A stretch of 64,000 nucleotides of DNA from Octopus sinensis (lineage: Eukaryota), in assembly GCF_006345805.1 (NCBI RefSeq), contig NC_043006.1:97650001-97714000 (forward strand). Reading direction: 5' to 3'. Position numbers and translations under genes: made by a program. The notes beneath the pieces are model-generated. The model made no database searches, was not told the origin of the DNA, and worked only from the letters and a program-made list of their open reading frames with translations. This document shows positions 12,552 to 27,057 of the stretch, one piece after another (the stretch's first letter is position 1; each line of letters starts with the position of its first letter).

Positions 12552-13190
12552 GTATGTATATACACACGCATACACACGTATACATGCGTACAGAAGCTTA
12601 TAAATAGACAGCACACATGTACGCACATACGCAATTTACAAGTAAAGACGAACCAACACACGAATGCTCACACATGTATATTTTTGTTGTCGGGCTTCAG
12701 AAATGTTTTGACTGTATCTTTTGTGGAAATACCTATGTATAAATATTTATTTGTTTAGAACGAGCAGTTTGTTTTTTGATTATACATACATACATACATA
12801 CATACATACATAAATACATACATAAAGAGGTACATAAATTTATTCAAAATTAAAAAGTGAAAAAGAATATACATATATATTTACACACACACACAGACAC
12901 ACTCATACACACCTATATATGAATGTGTATATAGTCAGACGTTAATACATATACACATATATTTGAATGTATGTATGTATGTATGTATGTATGCATCTAT
13001 CTATCTATATATATATGTATGCATATATATATATACATACATATATACATACACACGCACACATATATAAATATACACACATATATATATGTAGATATGT
13101 GTGCGTGTTATTTTAGTTAGCGGTTGTTCAGATATGTTTTGTTCTAATCTTATCGATACATGCTTTTCTACACACACACATACACACAAG

Positions 13191-13221
<31 letters not shown>

Positions 13222-13312
13222 TCACTCACACATACGCACACACACATACGTATAGATCTATATATGTATGTATATCTCCGAATATGTCCCTATACGCATA
13301 TAATTATACACG

Positions 13313-13348
<36 letters not shown>

Positions 13349-13385
13349 CATACATACATACAGATATATATTTATGTATATATAT

Positions 13386-13436
<51 letters not shown>

Positions 13437-14274
13437 AATATATATATATATAAATATAAATATATATGTGTATATATATATATACATGCATACACACGCA
13501 AATGCGCATTTATTAATATACATATATACACACATGCACACATATACGTAAGCCTTATGTATATGTATGTGTGCGTGTTTATGAGAAAATGAAATGTGTG
13601 CATTGCACACATTAATTTGATTCATTGAACGGAAAGCAGAAAAAGGAAGGTTTTGGCAGCTTTCAATATAACCTATGAAAGCCTTTGATATATTTCCTAC
13701 CCACAAGATATTAATGGTAATAAAACTATACAAAACAAGAAACAGGCACACACTGACAAACACACACACACACTCACTCACTCATACGCACTCAAATGTA
13801 TACAGTCGCAGTCACCAATATACATGCATACACACAGAGGATATCAAACGAAGAACAGAAAAGCAAACAAACAAACATACTTGTACACATGCATGTAAAT
13901 ACTTTGTAAAATACACACACATACATATGTATGCGTATATATATATATATATTAGTACATACGCTTATAAAACAAAGAATATGCTACAAGCGAAGTAGAA
14001 GCAACCACAAGACATAGAACAAGCACCCGTAAACAACATTGAAATACCGTGTTTACAAACGCATAATTGAACAATGTCCGCTTGTTTCAAAACTAATCAA
14101 GGGAAGACAAATCAGGCATTAACTATACTGTTCGTTGTGTTTTCTACACCGTTAGCGACTCAAATGTTAAGCTGTCGGTGTGCCGCACATTTCGAGGCAA
14201 TAGTATGTTTGTTGCTACATCGAAGGTACACTGAAACTCTTGACTGATACATGTATGTAAGTATGTATGTATTT

Positions 14275-15690
14275 AAGGAGGCATTCTTGGTGTCCTTTGA
14301 TGTTATCAACCTCTATACCAACATCCCACATGAATATGGTATTGAGGGAATTGATTTCTGGCTAGAAAAACACCCAGAGACATTCCCTGACCGCATTCAC
14401 AAGACCTTCATTATGGAATCACTCAAGTTCATTCTAACAAACAATTATTTCCTCTTCGAAAACTACCGTAAAAAATGTGGTATTGCGATGGGTACCAAAG
14501 CTGCACCAGTCCTTGCGAACCTCATAATGGATTTCTTCGAACTATCACTCTATGAGATATTGCCAGAAATTTGGACATCTTTTCCACATCTACTTAATGA
14601 AAAACTGGAAAAGATACTTAGATGATTGTTTCATCATATGGAAAGAATCTTATGAAAAGCTTCTGGAATTCAAAACCACACTGAACAACATAAATCCCAA
14701 CATTCAATCCACTATGGAATTCAGCAAACATCATCTCCCTTTCCTTGATCTCCTAATTATAAAAGCACCTAACAAACCAAATCACAAACAGCCATCTAAC
14801 ACAAACTACAGACTCACAACAATACCTCCTCTTCGTTCATGCCACCAAAACACACCAAGATAAATATCCCTTTCAACTTAGGGTAAAGGATATGCACCAT
14901 GGTCTCGGATCCAAAACTCGAGAAATATCCTTCAAGACCTAAAAAAAAAAACACTATTACAACGCCAATATCCCTCCCACTCCACTCATATAGACTGGAA
15001 TAAACGTGCAAAGAACTAGACAATAATACACTGAAAACCACCCAACACAGTAACAACCACCCAACCCAAAATACTTCCATACATTTCCACCAACGACCCC
15101 AAAAATATCGAAGCATACACCACAATCATACAAAACCTCCCCTTACTGTCCACAGCCCCACCCAAAATGAATAATATATCATAGACACTTAAATCCTTAA
15201 ATGCAAAAGGCAACATAAATCTTTGAAAAAACTCTTAACAAATGACAAACTTCACACACCACATCCACCCCATCAGTTAAAAAATGTGCACGCCCTAACT
15301 GTGATACCTGCCCCTTCCTACTTGAAGGCTCTGAATTTACTTTCAAGCAAGGAGCAAAGTTTAAAATCAAGACCAACTTCTCCTGTTCCTCCGAGAACCT
15401 CATCTACGTTCTCACATGCGCCTGTTGCCAACACAATTATGTTGGACAAACGAGCCTTCCTTTATATAGAAGAGTAGCGGTCGATAAAGAACAGATAAAT
15501 CTCCCACAATACCGTCAAATTCCACTAAGTAGCCACATAGACTCTTGCAATAGAGATAAACATCCCAAATTTCGCATATTCCCTTTCTACCAATGCAAAG
15601 ACGAATCTCTACACAAGAAAGAATCAATAAGGAAAATCTTTTTATTGAAAAATTCCAAACACATCTTAATATGTTAACTCCACGATGACC
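14275..15690 (+). mobile_element. Penelope-like element, 5'-truncated, RT plus GIY-YIG endonuclease, frameshifted
   Basis: LVSFDVINLYTNIP, GIAMGTKAAPVLANLIM, WKRYLDDCFIIW, LPFLDLLI (PLE RT motifs); then C-x2-C and SENLIYVLTCACCQHNYVGQT (GIY-YIG). Confidence 0.9.
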
Positions 15691-16182
15691 ATACTCCTTT
15701 TTCTAGCATCCTATCTGACAAAAAATTGATCCATCATTCCATTTAAAGAGCATAAATCCACAGAAATGTCTCCCCTTACTCACAGGAACTGGATAACTCC
15801 TACCCCATTTCCTGTTTTGAAACACATTCACCCAACGCTTTAAACTAAACACTACATTTAAGCACATGGATCCTAATCCTCCAAAGAAGTTTTTTCAAGG
15901 ACTGTTATTGAACTCTAAAAGCATAAAGACTCTACAATGTATCGGTATACTTATTTATTAATTTTTGTATATATGTATTATTATTTTTTTGGAAAAAAAT
16001 TGTAAATTTCTTTTTCCCTTTCCTCAATTAAAAAAAAAAATTATTTTCTCCTTCCAAGCCTTGAATATTTGCTTTGCAATGAAAACGGGTTTGATTTATT
16101 ATATTTTCTTCTTTATTTTCCATACACCCATTTTTATTAAAATTTACTTTCAATTTAGCATTTGCCTTATTACAATTTTTCT

Positions 16183-16273
<91 letters not shown>

Positions 16274-16758
16274 GATATATAGACCACTTCTGGGATATTT
16301 CCATCCAAGAAAGGCTCGTTAAAATATTGTATTTCGAAAAGATATTTCTTCAATGAATATATTATATAAAGTATAATGAAAGATAAAATATTATTAAGTC
16401 TGAAAACGGAGGAGTCTAATTAATTAATTAATTAATTAATATATTGTTATATCGCAATCCTCGTCACCAGTGTTATATCGCACGTTCGGATGCCTTCTAC
16501 TCAACTCTCGACTCAAGTACTGACGTCTAGACTTCTCCCTCAATATCCACGTATGGACTAGCCTACTTCGTCGTCTGAGGGTGTCCACACAATATATATT
16601 CACCTAAACTTTTTTCATTTCACAAACCAAATTACAACTACAAAATAATATAAATATATAATCTTGCATTTTGAAATACCTTGGATGGAAAATCAACAGG
16701 GAGCACAAAACGACAAATCAAGAATCACATTGTGATCCATTGGAATACTCAGACTATA

Positions 16759-16818
<60 letters not shown>

Positions 16819-17199
16819 GGTGTGTATATATATATATATACATAACATATATATATGTTATATATGTAAATATATGCATATATTTACATATATATATATA
16901 TACAATATATATATGTGTGGTATATATATGTAAATATATGCATATATAAATATACATATACATATATATATATGCATATATATATATGTATATGTATATA
17001 TATATATGTATGTATATATATATATATATACTCATTTATATACTTATATATGTTTGTGTGCAATGTACATGTGTATGTATGTGGGTATATATATGTATGT
17101 ATATATACATACACACATATATTTATATATGCATGTATTATTGTTTATGTATAATGTCCATATGTATATACAATAATGTTTAATTCTATGTAAAGCTTT

Positions 17200-18000
17200 A
17201 TATAAAGCAGTGAAGAATTTGACAGTGTCTTCAGAATTTAAGATATTGTTGTTAAAGAACATGATATAATAGTCAGTGGTATCAATGTTTCGAATCCTCC
17301 CAATAGAACAGAATCGTGTTTATTAGTGAGACCATAATATCTAAGTAGCTGAATCTAATTTGATCTAAGCGGAATTCTTAAGATAAATTATGCTAGTCTT
17401 TAAATGTTGACATCGGTTCTTGTGGCTTGAAGTGCTGCACGATTTATAATTCAATTATTTTGGCATAAAAATTTAAATTCTATACGCAGGGAGGTAATGA
17501 ATTTTAAGTTATAAAATTGAAGTTTCGCCAGATATGTTACGGGTTTTCACTTAGTGAGACATTCGAGTGAATTTTCTGTCTCCTTAGCAAATATTTGACC
17601 CATCTCACTTCTAGTTAGTAAAGATTTCACTAAGAAGTTTGAAACTTGCCAATTTGAGTGATATTTTAAAGATGTTTCTTTTACTTTTAGATCAACATAT
17701 AATACAGAATTTGGACTACTTCACGAGTTGCTACTTATTTTCCTAATTGTTCTGTTCTTGCTATTGTTGCTTTATATTTTCTTTTGTGACGATCCATTCA
17801 CTGTTCGCACATTTTGCTTCTGAATTTCCATTCTCAATTCATTGATTTTTGTTTGATCTTTATCAAGTCCTTGGTAAAATAGCTGTAAGGAGAAGTCGGA
17901 TCGATTACTTTATTCAAAGATGTCGATTTTCAAAACGACGAATTTTCTGAGATTTAACGAAGGCCTCTTGTTTCAGGCAGTCTCCGATTTTCGATATTTC
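17200..18000 (-). mobile_element. Possible very degenerate Penelope-like N-terminal region
   Basis: Fragments such as NKHDSV...DTTDYY...ILNSEDT resemble the pre-RT PLE segment; many stops and frameshifts. Confidence 0.3.
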
Positions 18001-19309
18001 TATTGTTTATGTGGAATTTTTAGTAGCATTTATATCTTTTTTACTTTTCATTTTTACTCTATGTTATCATTGTTGATTTTATTAGGGATTAAAAGATATT
18101 TTGTTTCTTTTCTGTCTGTAGTTGTATGTTTATTTGGATTCTTATGTGAGAAGACTTACGGAAGTAAGTGCGTACTATGCAATTTATACGTATATCATTT
18201 AATCTAAAATGGTAACATTGATGTTTACCTAACTTTTCAGTGAGATTAGAAGAATCTACTTACTGTTTACCGATATTGTTGTTTCTGAAATGTTTTCCAA
18301 TTTTTCATGAGAAGATATTCTATCAATTTAACGTTATGTTTTGACTAAAAAAAAAAAAAATCCGGGCATGGCTGTGTGGTAAGAAGCTTCCTTCCTAATC
18401 ACATGTTTTCGCGTTCATTTTGGGTAAATGACTTCTACCATAGCGCCGGATTGACCACAACCTCATGAGTGAATTTAGCAAACGAAAATTGAAAGATATA
18501 ATTTATATACATATATACCCATTAATATATATATATAATATATATATACATTATATATATATGATATATATATATATATAGTGTGTGTGTGTGTTGGGTG
18601 TGTATTTGTGCGGCGTGTGTGTGCGCGCGCCGTGTGTATACATACGGATCGTCGCAGAAATAAATTTGTTTAACGTGTATGAATACGCATTACATTACAA
18701 CACACTACACATTACGTGGTGTGTGGTGTCACGATGAGTATGTGTCTTGGCGTCCTGTGTTGTTCAGTACCACCGCTTGGCGACAACTGTTGGTTTATTT
18801 ACATTTATTTACGCTAATATAACGATTTGGCAAACGAGACCGATAGAAAAAGCACCAGGCTTACAGAAAATCACGTGGTCGGTTTTTTGTCAGCTAAAAT
18901 ACTGCAAGGCGGTGTCCCAGCTTGGCCTGAGTCAAATGGCAGAAACAAGTAACAGAGAAAATATATTTAAATGCTCCAGCTTTATAACACTCTACTCTTA
19001 CCTCTTCCTTATCTCCACATACATTTATGTTTTCGTTGGTATAATCCTGATTCGGTTTCTGCAAGTGAAACTCGGGCTTAATTATGTTGAGCTTCCTTGT
19101 TTAGCTGGTGCTAAAACTATCATATTTATGTTTTCAATGTTCATAGCTTTAATGACATATTTCACAACCATCTTTCTGTTGATGATTCCCTTTCAGGAAA
19201 ATAAAATTATCTCAGTACACCTTGTGCACAATCAAAAGAACAAAACAACATGCGTCAAAAAGATATTTAAATATTTGTCGTCGGTTTTATCTTGTATCCA
19301 AGAATTTAG

Positions 19310-19495
19310 TTTCTTCTTTTATGGTGATGGCGTTGATGACTCTTTAGACCAATTCTTGTATAGAAGAGTCGATGGCATTGATTGCATTGGAATATTGGTG
19401 GAAGGCGACGTTGGTTTTGTCAGGCCTTCTCCTCCTGTCGTTTGATTTCTTCCTTTACTCTTCTGATGGCTTCGAAGTTTTTACTCGATACATTA
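19310..19495 (-). mobile_element. RTE-clade LINE 3' end with C2H2-like zinc finger
   Basis: Minus frame CNQCHRLFYTRIGLKSHQRHH preceded by FEAIRRVKEEIKRQE, typical of an RTE ORF C-terminus. Confidence 0.65.
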
Positions 19496-21785
19496 CAAAT
19501 AATTAAAACTGCAAAATATCAAGTGTTTATTTCTATATTCATTAAATGGAGCATAATTATCAAGATTTGATATTAGAATTTCAGTATATATTTATCAGAT
19601 ATTCTAAATATAATTATGTTATTTTCGTCACTCACCTAAACAGAGCACGTGGCACAATTAGGTATAACGCGCGGCACATCTTTGAAACCACTTGTTTAAT
19701 GTTTTACTCCTTACTTTTCTTCGCCAGCATTGTGTATTTTATTGTTTTACTTTTGTACTTGTTGTTATTGTTTACCTTAAGAATGTATTACGCACAAACA
19801 ATTCTGCACATCGCAACTACGAGTGTCGAGTTTGAAACCACACCGAACCCCACTTTTGGTGAGTGTCTTCTACAATAGCTACGGTTTACAAAAGTCTTGT
19901 CAGTGGAAATTTGGTAAGTGGAAACTGAGTGGATCCCGTGGCAAGGATCATATTTCGTTTCTTGGGTGGCCGTCTTAATCAGTCACCTGGTCAAATATCA
20001 TCTGGATCCTGAGTGCTTGTAGGAGAGTTCAATATATTCCCGTTATTCAGCTGGGATCCCGGTCTCAATATAAGTCCTGGGAAAAGACATTGTCGCCACC
20101 TGTGTGTGGCTAAAGCTGCACGTGCTTTTCATGCACCATCAGAAAAATACTTTGAGGCAGCCCCCATTGATACTCTGAGTGAAACTTCCTAATAGGAATG
20201 CAGACGAGTGTATGGCATTAACAGTGTTGTTTTAAAAACTGGAGACAGGGTGAAGAGGCAATCTCTGTGCATCACACATTTTTCCATAAATTAATTTCAC
20301 AGTATTTAGAACGAATTGACAAGAGATTGAACTATAATTCAATAAAATTTACCTCAGGCTCGTAGGTATCTTCGTCACACAATGTAAGCAGATCGTCAGT
20401 ACTGACATAATGTATATGTTTGCGGAGTCTCCATGGGTGTGTAAGTTCTCAATATCTTTCAGTATCATAAAACAACCTCGGATTTCTGTTCTGTGGTGGA
20501 TGTTAGGAGAAAAGTTTTACGAGAGTTCGTTTAAAGTAGAAAACCCAGCTGCTATATATGTGGAAGTAATGGTAATCTCTCAGTAGATCTGAAAACAACC
20601 GAAAGAAAACAAACAGTAATAAAAGTCCGTAGAAGTTTCTGTTTTTAGTTTAATGCTAATTGTTTCTATGGAAACATCGGTGATCGTTTAGTTCTGAAAT
20701 TCAAGATCCAACCAGGAGGCTAAGAGACTACTCTCCCAGCGTTAACCAACGACACTTTCTACATCATCTTGCGATAATGAATAAGAGGTAGAAACCGAGT
20801 AGACATGGCAGGGTGCTTGATAAAATGGAAAGGGAAGAAAAAAAGCAGGAGGCAAAATAACAAAAAGTACGGAAAATGTGTAAGGAAGAGTCCATCTCAG
20901 CGTACTACTGATTGAAGATCACAGTTCTTTGCAAACTAATCGAAGAGTTAAAAGAGATAATAAAAAACAAAGACTTGATATAGAAGTAGTGTAGCCTGGA
21001 GCCATTTGGTGTAAGAAGGATAATCAACTCCTGATAACACTCGGCGGGATCAGAAATTAGAAGAAAATGTAAGGAATACACATGTTTAATATTTTTACTT
21101 AATCATATGAAGGTCTCAGCATTTCTAGTCTTTGGCCTAGTACCATTTCATTCTTATTAATTTTCAGCATTACGTAACTTTTAATAACATTTACAGTACG
21201 ATATAACTTGATTTAAATAGATCAAAATAAATGAAGCATTTTACGATGTGAAACAATTCTTCGAGAAGCAAAATAAATAATAAGTTTGGAAAATATTCAT
21301 TTGATTTATATTTATAAAAATTTATATTTATATTTATAAAATTTATATTTATAAAAATATGAAAAACTGAATTAAAAATTTGCATATTTCATGATAAAAA
21401 TGTGATCTTTCTGGCATTATTTAGTCACGAAATAAGAGTAAAATACATAATATATTACTGAAATGGCCCATGTAATAGTACAAATCACTAATATAGTTGG
21501 AAGATATACATCATGTGACCCAATTTTTTTCTTTATTTCATGTTCAGTCCGATACTGAACACATAGACTAAGCATAAAATGAAAAGAAAATAGAAGACTG
21601 ATTCTACCAATGCTTCTCCTCGTCAGTCAAGATAATCAATATAATCGAATAGCACAATGTACTTGATTTAAAACCCTTGAAGGTACGTCCCATCATGACC
21701 ATAGTCCAATGACTGAAACAAATAAAACAACGAAAGAAGTAATGAATACACAAATGTCCGTGCACTTTGTGTGAGTGTGCGTGTG

Positions 21786-21823
<38 letters not shown>

Positions 21824-21839
21824 GTGTGTGTGTGTGTGT

Positions 21840-21871
<32 letters not shown>

Positions 21872-22544
21872 CTTTCTATCCACTAAGATATAAATATAAA
21901 TATACAGAAAATGGGAACGAAAATCAGGAGAAAAAAAAAACAAAATGAGAAAGAGGGAATGTATGAGAAAATGAATTATTTGTAATCTGTGAAAGTTTAC
22001 GATGAATTTTTCGCCAGCTAGTATAATGCTTGCAAGACACGCCATTGTTATCACTCAAATGAGAAGAAATATAAAATTGTAGCCAACAAGTCTACTATAT
22101 ATAGAATATATATGGCGAAGACGCTCTTGTCTTCGAAATGACAACTCTGAAAAGAAGCAAAATAGATAAGTTTCCTTCCGTACATCTAATAATTTTCCTC
22201 ACGCTAAGGCGCGTTTTATTAATCACATTTTGCACAATGTAATAATATTAATCATAAGAATAAACATTATAAATCATTTCCGAGTCCACTAAATTATATT
22301 TTGATTTGTTTATGAATTAGAAAATATTTCGTATTGATAAGTATGATTGATTTTTTTTTCTTTTAGACTGAAAGAGGCCAAATATTTTGTAACAGACGAT
22401 AATGAGGTTGTGTGTCACGCTGTTGTGTTTCAATGAAGATGGTTTGAAACGAAGTTTCAAACTACTTCCCATTAAACTATATCTCGGGCATTATACAACA
22501 TAAGTGCATACAAATTCCCATCACACACACGCACACACACACAC

Positions 22545-22582
<38 letters not shown>

Positions 22583-23619
22583 AATACACACACGTACGCA
22601 CACATACACACACATGGTTAAATAAGATTAGATATAAACGTTGCAGAATACTATGCAAAGCTCATCCAAAGTTACTGGCTATCTGATGTCATCATATATT
22701 GGAAATGCTCCTGTTACCGGATATGCACCAGGAATTTTATAGTATCCGTAGAGTTTCTTTAAAAAGATAACTGATAGAAAATGGAATGAAAGACATTCTT
22801 TACTTAAAAGTCACTACAATTGCTTCGATGCATTTTACATCTGTTGTCCATTGGTGAGATGGTGTGTAATCAATTTCATACATCCAAGTTGAAAATGGGT
22901 CGTTTCAGACGATTGCATAAATATGGCCTTCTTTAGAGCTTCTCTACATTTCGCACTGTGTGTGGATGTATACCCAAAACGCAGTTTTCGTGAAATAGTA
23001 AAGTTTTTTTTTTATATCGTTGTGCGGCTATCTACTTTCTCTCTTTCTTCCTCTCTCTCCTTCCCCTCTCTCTTGCCACCAACATACATTCTCTCCATCT
23101 CTTTCTCTCTTTCTCTATCGCTCTCTTTGTCTCTTTTGTGTTCAATTCTCGCCGCTTTCACCATGTCACTTCATTCTACTTCTATGTTCCACCTGTTCGT
23201 TGTTCCTCTCATTTGCATACAAACCTTCAATCGGGCGCAAAATCCTATTTCTTTTTTATCTTCCAATCCACGGACATGTCCACTATATTCTTCATTTGTT
23301 TTATTTTGTTTTAATCGACTAAGTTGCCCTTTTTCTATCGTCGTCACTAAACCTTAAATGTATATTATTTCGTGCTAATAGTATTATTTGTGCCCCAATC
23401 TACATGACTGGACACAAAATCTCTCATCATGTTTCTTTTTGATCCTTTCTCTCCCTCCCTTTCTCACACATACTCATGCATGTACAAGCACAGATATAGC
23501 CGTGCTTGTTGTGGTTCGCAGTTTTCAAGTATCGAGAAATCTCAAAATGTCATTTTATAAAGTTGTTGACATAGAAACGTAGCTACAAATAATCGCACTT
23601 AATATTAATCTAGTAAAAA

Positions 23620-23830
23620 AAGGCGGCTAGTTGGCAGAAACTTTACTACACGGGGGAAACATTTCTTAGCGGCATTTCGTCCGTCTTTATGTTCAGGGTT
23701 CAAATTCCGCTGAGGGTCGACTTTGCCTTTCATTATTTTGTGGTTGATAAAATAAATACCAGTTGAGCGTTGGGGATATAATCGACTTACCCATCCCCCG
23801 AAATTGCTGGCCTTGTGCCAATATTTGAAA
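23620..23830 (+). mobile_element. SINE family B copy
   Basis: aaggcggctagttggcagaaac...gttcaaattccgctgagg head, shared with other family B copies. Confidence 0.7.
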
Positions 23831-24030
23831 TCGAAATTATCTCGTAAAATATTTTTGACAGGGATAAAGTAAGAGAGACCTCCATGTGTATCAAATTACA
23901 TGTATGTGTATTATATATGAATGAGTATATGTATGTATATATGAGTATAGGTATTGTGAGTGTATATTAGCTGCTTTTTTCTTCTAGAAGTTTCAGCCAT
24001 AGGAATGGGGTGCTGCTGGAGTATATATAT

Positions 24031-24405
24031 ATATTAATAGTTATCGCCATACTAATATAGCAGTCTTATAAATATAAGACTAAAGCTGTCGCTGATTAGC
24101 TCCATGAGGCCATCGCCTCTAGGTAGCTATATCACACACGAACCTGCGTCCATTACAACCTTCGAACAGGGGAGGTCAGCCGCTTCACCTTGCTAGTCAG
24201 ACATCTGCAGACATGTTTCAGGGTTGTTGCCATTTATCAATGCAGTGTAATCAGACTCAGCAGGTGTCGCTACTGACCGTCTGTTCGAAGATTTTATTTA
24301 CCTAGTTACAGTGGAATACATCCACTTGTTTTCAATAATAGAAATATTAAAATTACTAAGTCTCTCTAAAGGAGATTACGGCAGCGTTACTGGATATTAA
24401 TAGTT
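24031..24405 (-). mobile_element. 363-nt non-coding repeat monomer with a hammerhead ribozyme (retrozyme / non-autonomous PLE-like)
   Basis: Terminal 12-bp redundancy ATATTAATAGTT (24031-24042 and 24394-24405); a homologous copy at 61870-62015 reads through that junction. Confidence 0.65.
24205..24245 (-). ncRNA. Type I hammerhead ribozyme variant with a U3-A8 core
   Basis: Minus strand CTGCA-TTGATAA-ATGG(CAACAA)CCCT-GAAAC-AT-GTC-TGCAG: 5-bp helix I, palindromic helix III ACATGT, GUC triplet; one mismatch in helix II. Confidence 0.7.
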
Positions 24406-24462
24406 TTATGTTTCCTCAATCACAGCTAACCCCCAACTAAACAATACAAGATTTATATGTAC

Positions 24463-24541
<79 letters not shown>

Positions 24542-24688
24542 ATATATATACACATATATATATACATATATATACATATATATATATATACATATCTATA
24601 TACATATATATATACATATATATATATGCGTACATATAAATCTTTTATTGTTTAGTTGGGGGTTAGCTGTGATTGAGGAAACGTAAAA
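24404..24688. repeat. Quasi-palindrome: 60-bp inverted arms (24404-24463 / 24629-24688) around a (TA)n tract
   Basis: ttttatgtttcctcaatcacagctaacccccaactaaacaatacaagattt versus its near-exact reverse complement. Confidence 0.85.
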
Positions 24689-25996
24689 GTTTTGCAACTT
24701 TGGACATTCTATCTATTTGTATACTCGGGACTACATTTTTAAACTGATACTTCTCAAAACAACAGAGTTCGATTTGAGAGATTTGGAAATAATATCTAGC
24801 AAATGGAATGATTATGTAGGATCTATGTCTATAAATTTATGCATAAAGCTATGCATGTACGGATTTATAATCACAGTATGAAACTTCACAGATACGTATT
24901 TGCAAGGATATTTGCATTTCTAAATACGTTACACATACATAAATATACGTATTGTATATACATATGTATTCAACATGTATACATGTGCGCGTGTGCGTAT
25001 GTCTGGTTTTAGACATAACTTCGACGTTTATGGACAGTTTTGTAATTCTCGATCATATCTTATTCTACACACCCCTATCAACGTCTCTATCAACATAATA
25101 TATACTTGCAGACACTCAATCTATCAATGTATATTTACAGCCATAGATATATGCTTCTTCACACACACACTCACACTCAGCCACACACACACATACACAT
25201 GTCTATATGTAAGCGTGTGTGTTTAAACAGATAGAAATATATATGTTTACATATATACAAATATATATGCTTACATATATACATACGTTGTACATTCCAG
25301 CGTACTTATCTAAGTATGTACTCAGACGCATCATACACGTTAAGTAAAGATTTCGCTAGCCGCACATATCTGAAAATTGACCCTGATAGCGATATTATAT
25401 ATTGTCAATATAATTGATATCGTCTTAGATGAACAATAGTGAATTATCTTACCTACGGCTAAGCGATCACATACATCATATGCATATCATATAACTTTAC
25501 TATGTTATCACCATTCTTTCAACATTTGTATTTGCGCTGGTTTGTCCGAATGGTCAAAACATTACAAAAGTTCTTTACAATGCTACTCTATTGCTTTTGG
25601 CATACAGTATAAATTACATCTGAATTGGAAACCGCATTAATGCAATCTTGTTATCATTAATTCATAGCCAATCCCAAGGAATTGATCTTGCCTTTATAGG
25701 TTTCATTTCAGCTACCGATCTCAAAACTATTTTTATTTTATCAACTTCATTATTTCTATTTTCATTTATTATAATGACTGGTGAGTTTGTAAAGTACAAG
25801 GAAAGTTATGTTTGAATACTTTTTCAATATTCATGTTTGAATATCTTCAACACCTGACGTGCGTTATATGTGGTTGCAGTAAATTTCGGTTCTTTTACCA
25901 TTTTCTTGTGAACAGGTCTTGGATGTGCAACATTTTAAAACCGACAGTGTTCAAAGCGTACAAAAAAAAATAAATAAAATAAAAACTTAGTGAACA

Positions 25997-26408
25997 GGCG
26001 CAGGAGTGGCTGTGTGGTAAGTAGCTTGCTAACCAACCACATGGTTCCGGGTTCAGTCCCACTGCGTGGCATCTTAGGCAAGTGTCTTCTGCTATAGCCC
26101 CGGGTCGACCAATGCATTGTGAGTGGATTTGGTAGATGGAAACTGAAAGAAGCCTGTCGTATATATGTATATATATATAAGTGTGTGTGTATATGTTTGT
26201 GTGTCTGTGTTTGTTCCCCTAGCATTGCTTGACAACCGATGCTGATGTGTTTACGCCCCCGTTACTTAGCGGTTCGGCAAAAAGAGACCGATAGAATAAG
26301 TACTGGGCTTACAAAAAGAATAAGTCCCAGAGTCGAGTCGCTCGACTAAAGGCGGTGCTCCGGCATGGCCGCAGTCAAATGACTGAAACAAGTACAAGAG
26401 TAAAAGGG
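25997..26408 (+). mobile_element. Full-length tRNA-derived SINE family A
   Basis: A-box TGGCTGTGTGG, B-box GGTTCAGTCCC, internal TA/TG microsatellite, (gagtaaaa)-type tail; near-identical to 34940-35366 and 54675-55085. Confidence 0.9.
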
Positions 26409-26749
26409 TATATAAATATAAATAAATTCTCAGTTTCTGCTATGGCTATTCTTTGTTTTTAGTCTAAGTGACTGAGAATCACGGAGACACGTGTAAATTT
26501 AACATTAACAAAAGCCTATGTCGTAATAAACGTAACAAAGAGCGTGGCACTATTGGTTGCTTATTTTACAGGCACAACTATTCCGACGGGCTACCGTACA
26601 GTTTCCGTCAGCCCACTTCATTCACGTGCATTTGATCGAATCAAGGATATTGAACAAGTCACATATTGAAGGTGACACGTAGTTGTGCCGAGCCAGCAAC
26701 CACATGATTCGGAAATTAATTTATTTACCACTCGAATATATCAATACAC

Positions 26750-26825
<76 letters not shown>

Positions 26826-26998
26826 CTATAATTATAAACACAATTATAATTAGGGGGCAGCTAATTGCTTCACCACACCGAATTTAGAAATAGGAGTTAA
26901 AAATTCCTTTTCTACTAACGTAATTATCTCCCAGACAGTAACACACTTTTTTTACGTAGGCAAAGAGAAAAATAATGAATCAACCCGACGTCGATTAG

Positions 26999-27057
26999 CC
27001 TCAGGCGCGTTTCGAGATTAAAGTATTTAAATTACTTACTTCCCGTCATCAGTGTAG
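26999..27057 (-). ncRNA. Decayed hammerhead copy of the 30691 family
   Basis: CTACA-CTGATGA-C-GGGA...TCTC-GAAAC-GC-GC-C: U16.1 changed to C and helix I mismatched; flanks homologous to 30655-30755. Confidence 0.6.

Noticed and set aside
16066-16105. TTGAATA...TTGC/GCAA...GAAA motif downstream of the main Penelope element
   Set aside because: The position is suggestive, but the 3-8 pair, helix I and helix III do not pair; too decayed to call.
18747-19445. 232-aa ORF with hydrophobic stretches
   Set aside because: It runs from a SINE tail remnant through AT-rich sequence into the antisense of an RTE 3' end; a chance open frame.
22117-22145. GAAGAC/GTCTTC hairpin followed by GAAAT
   Set aside because: No CUGANGA-like core upstream.
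25904-25957. Second GTGAACA-core hammerhead-like string
   Set aside because: GAAA is replaced by GACA and helices I and III are poor; could be chance.
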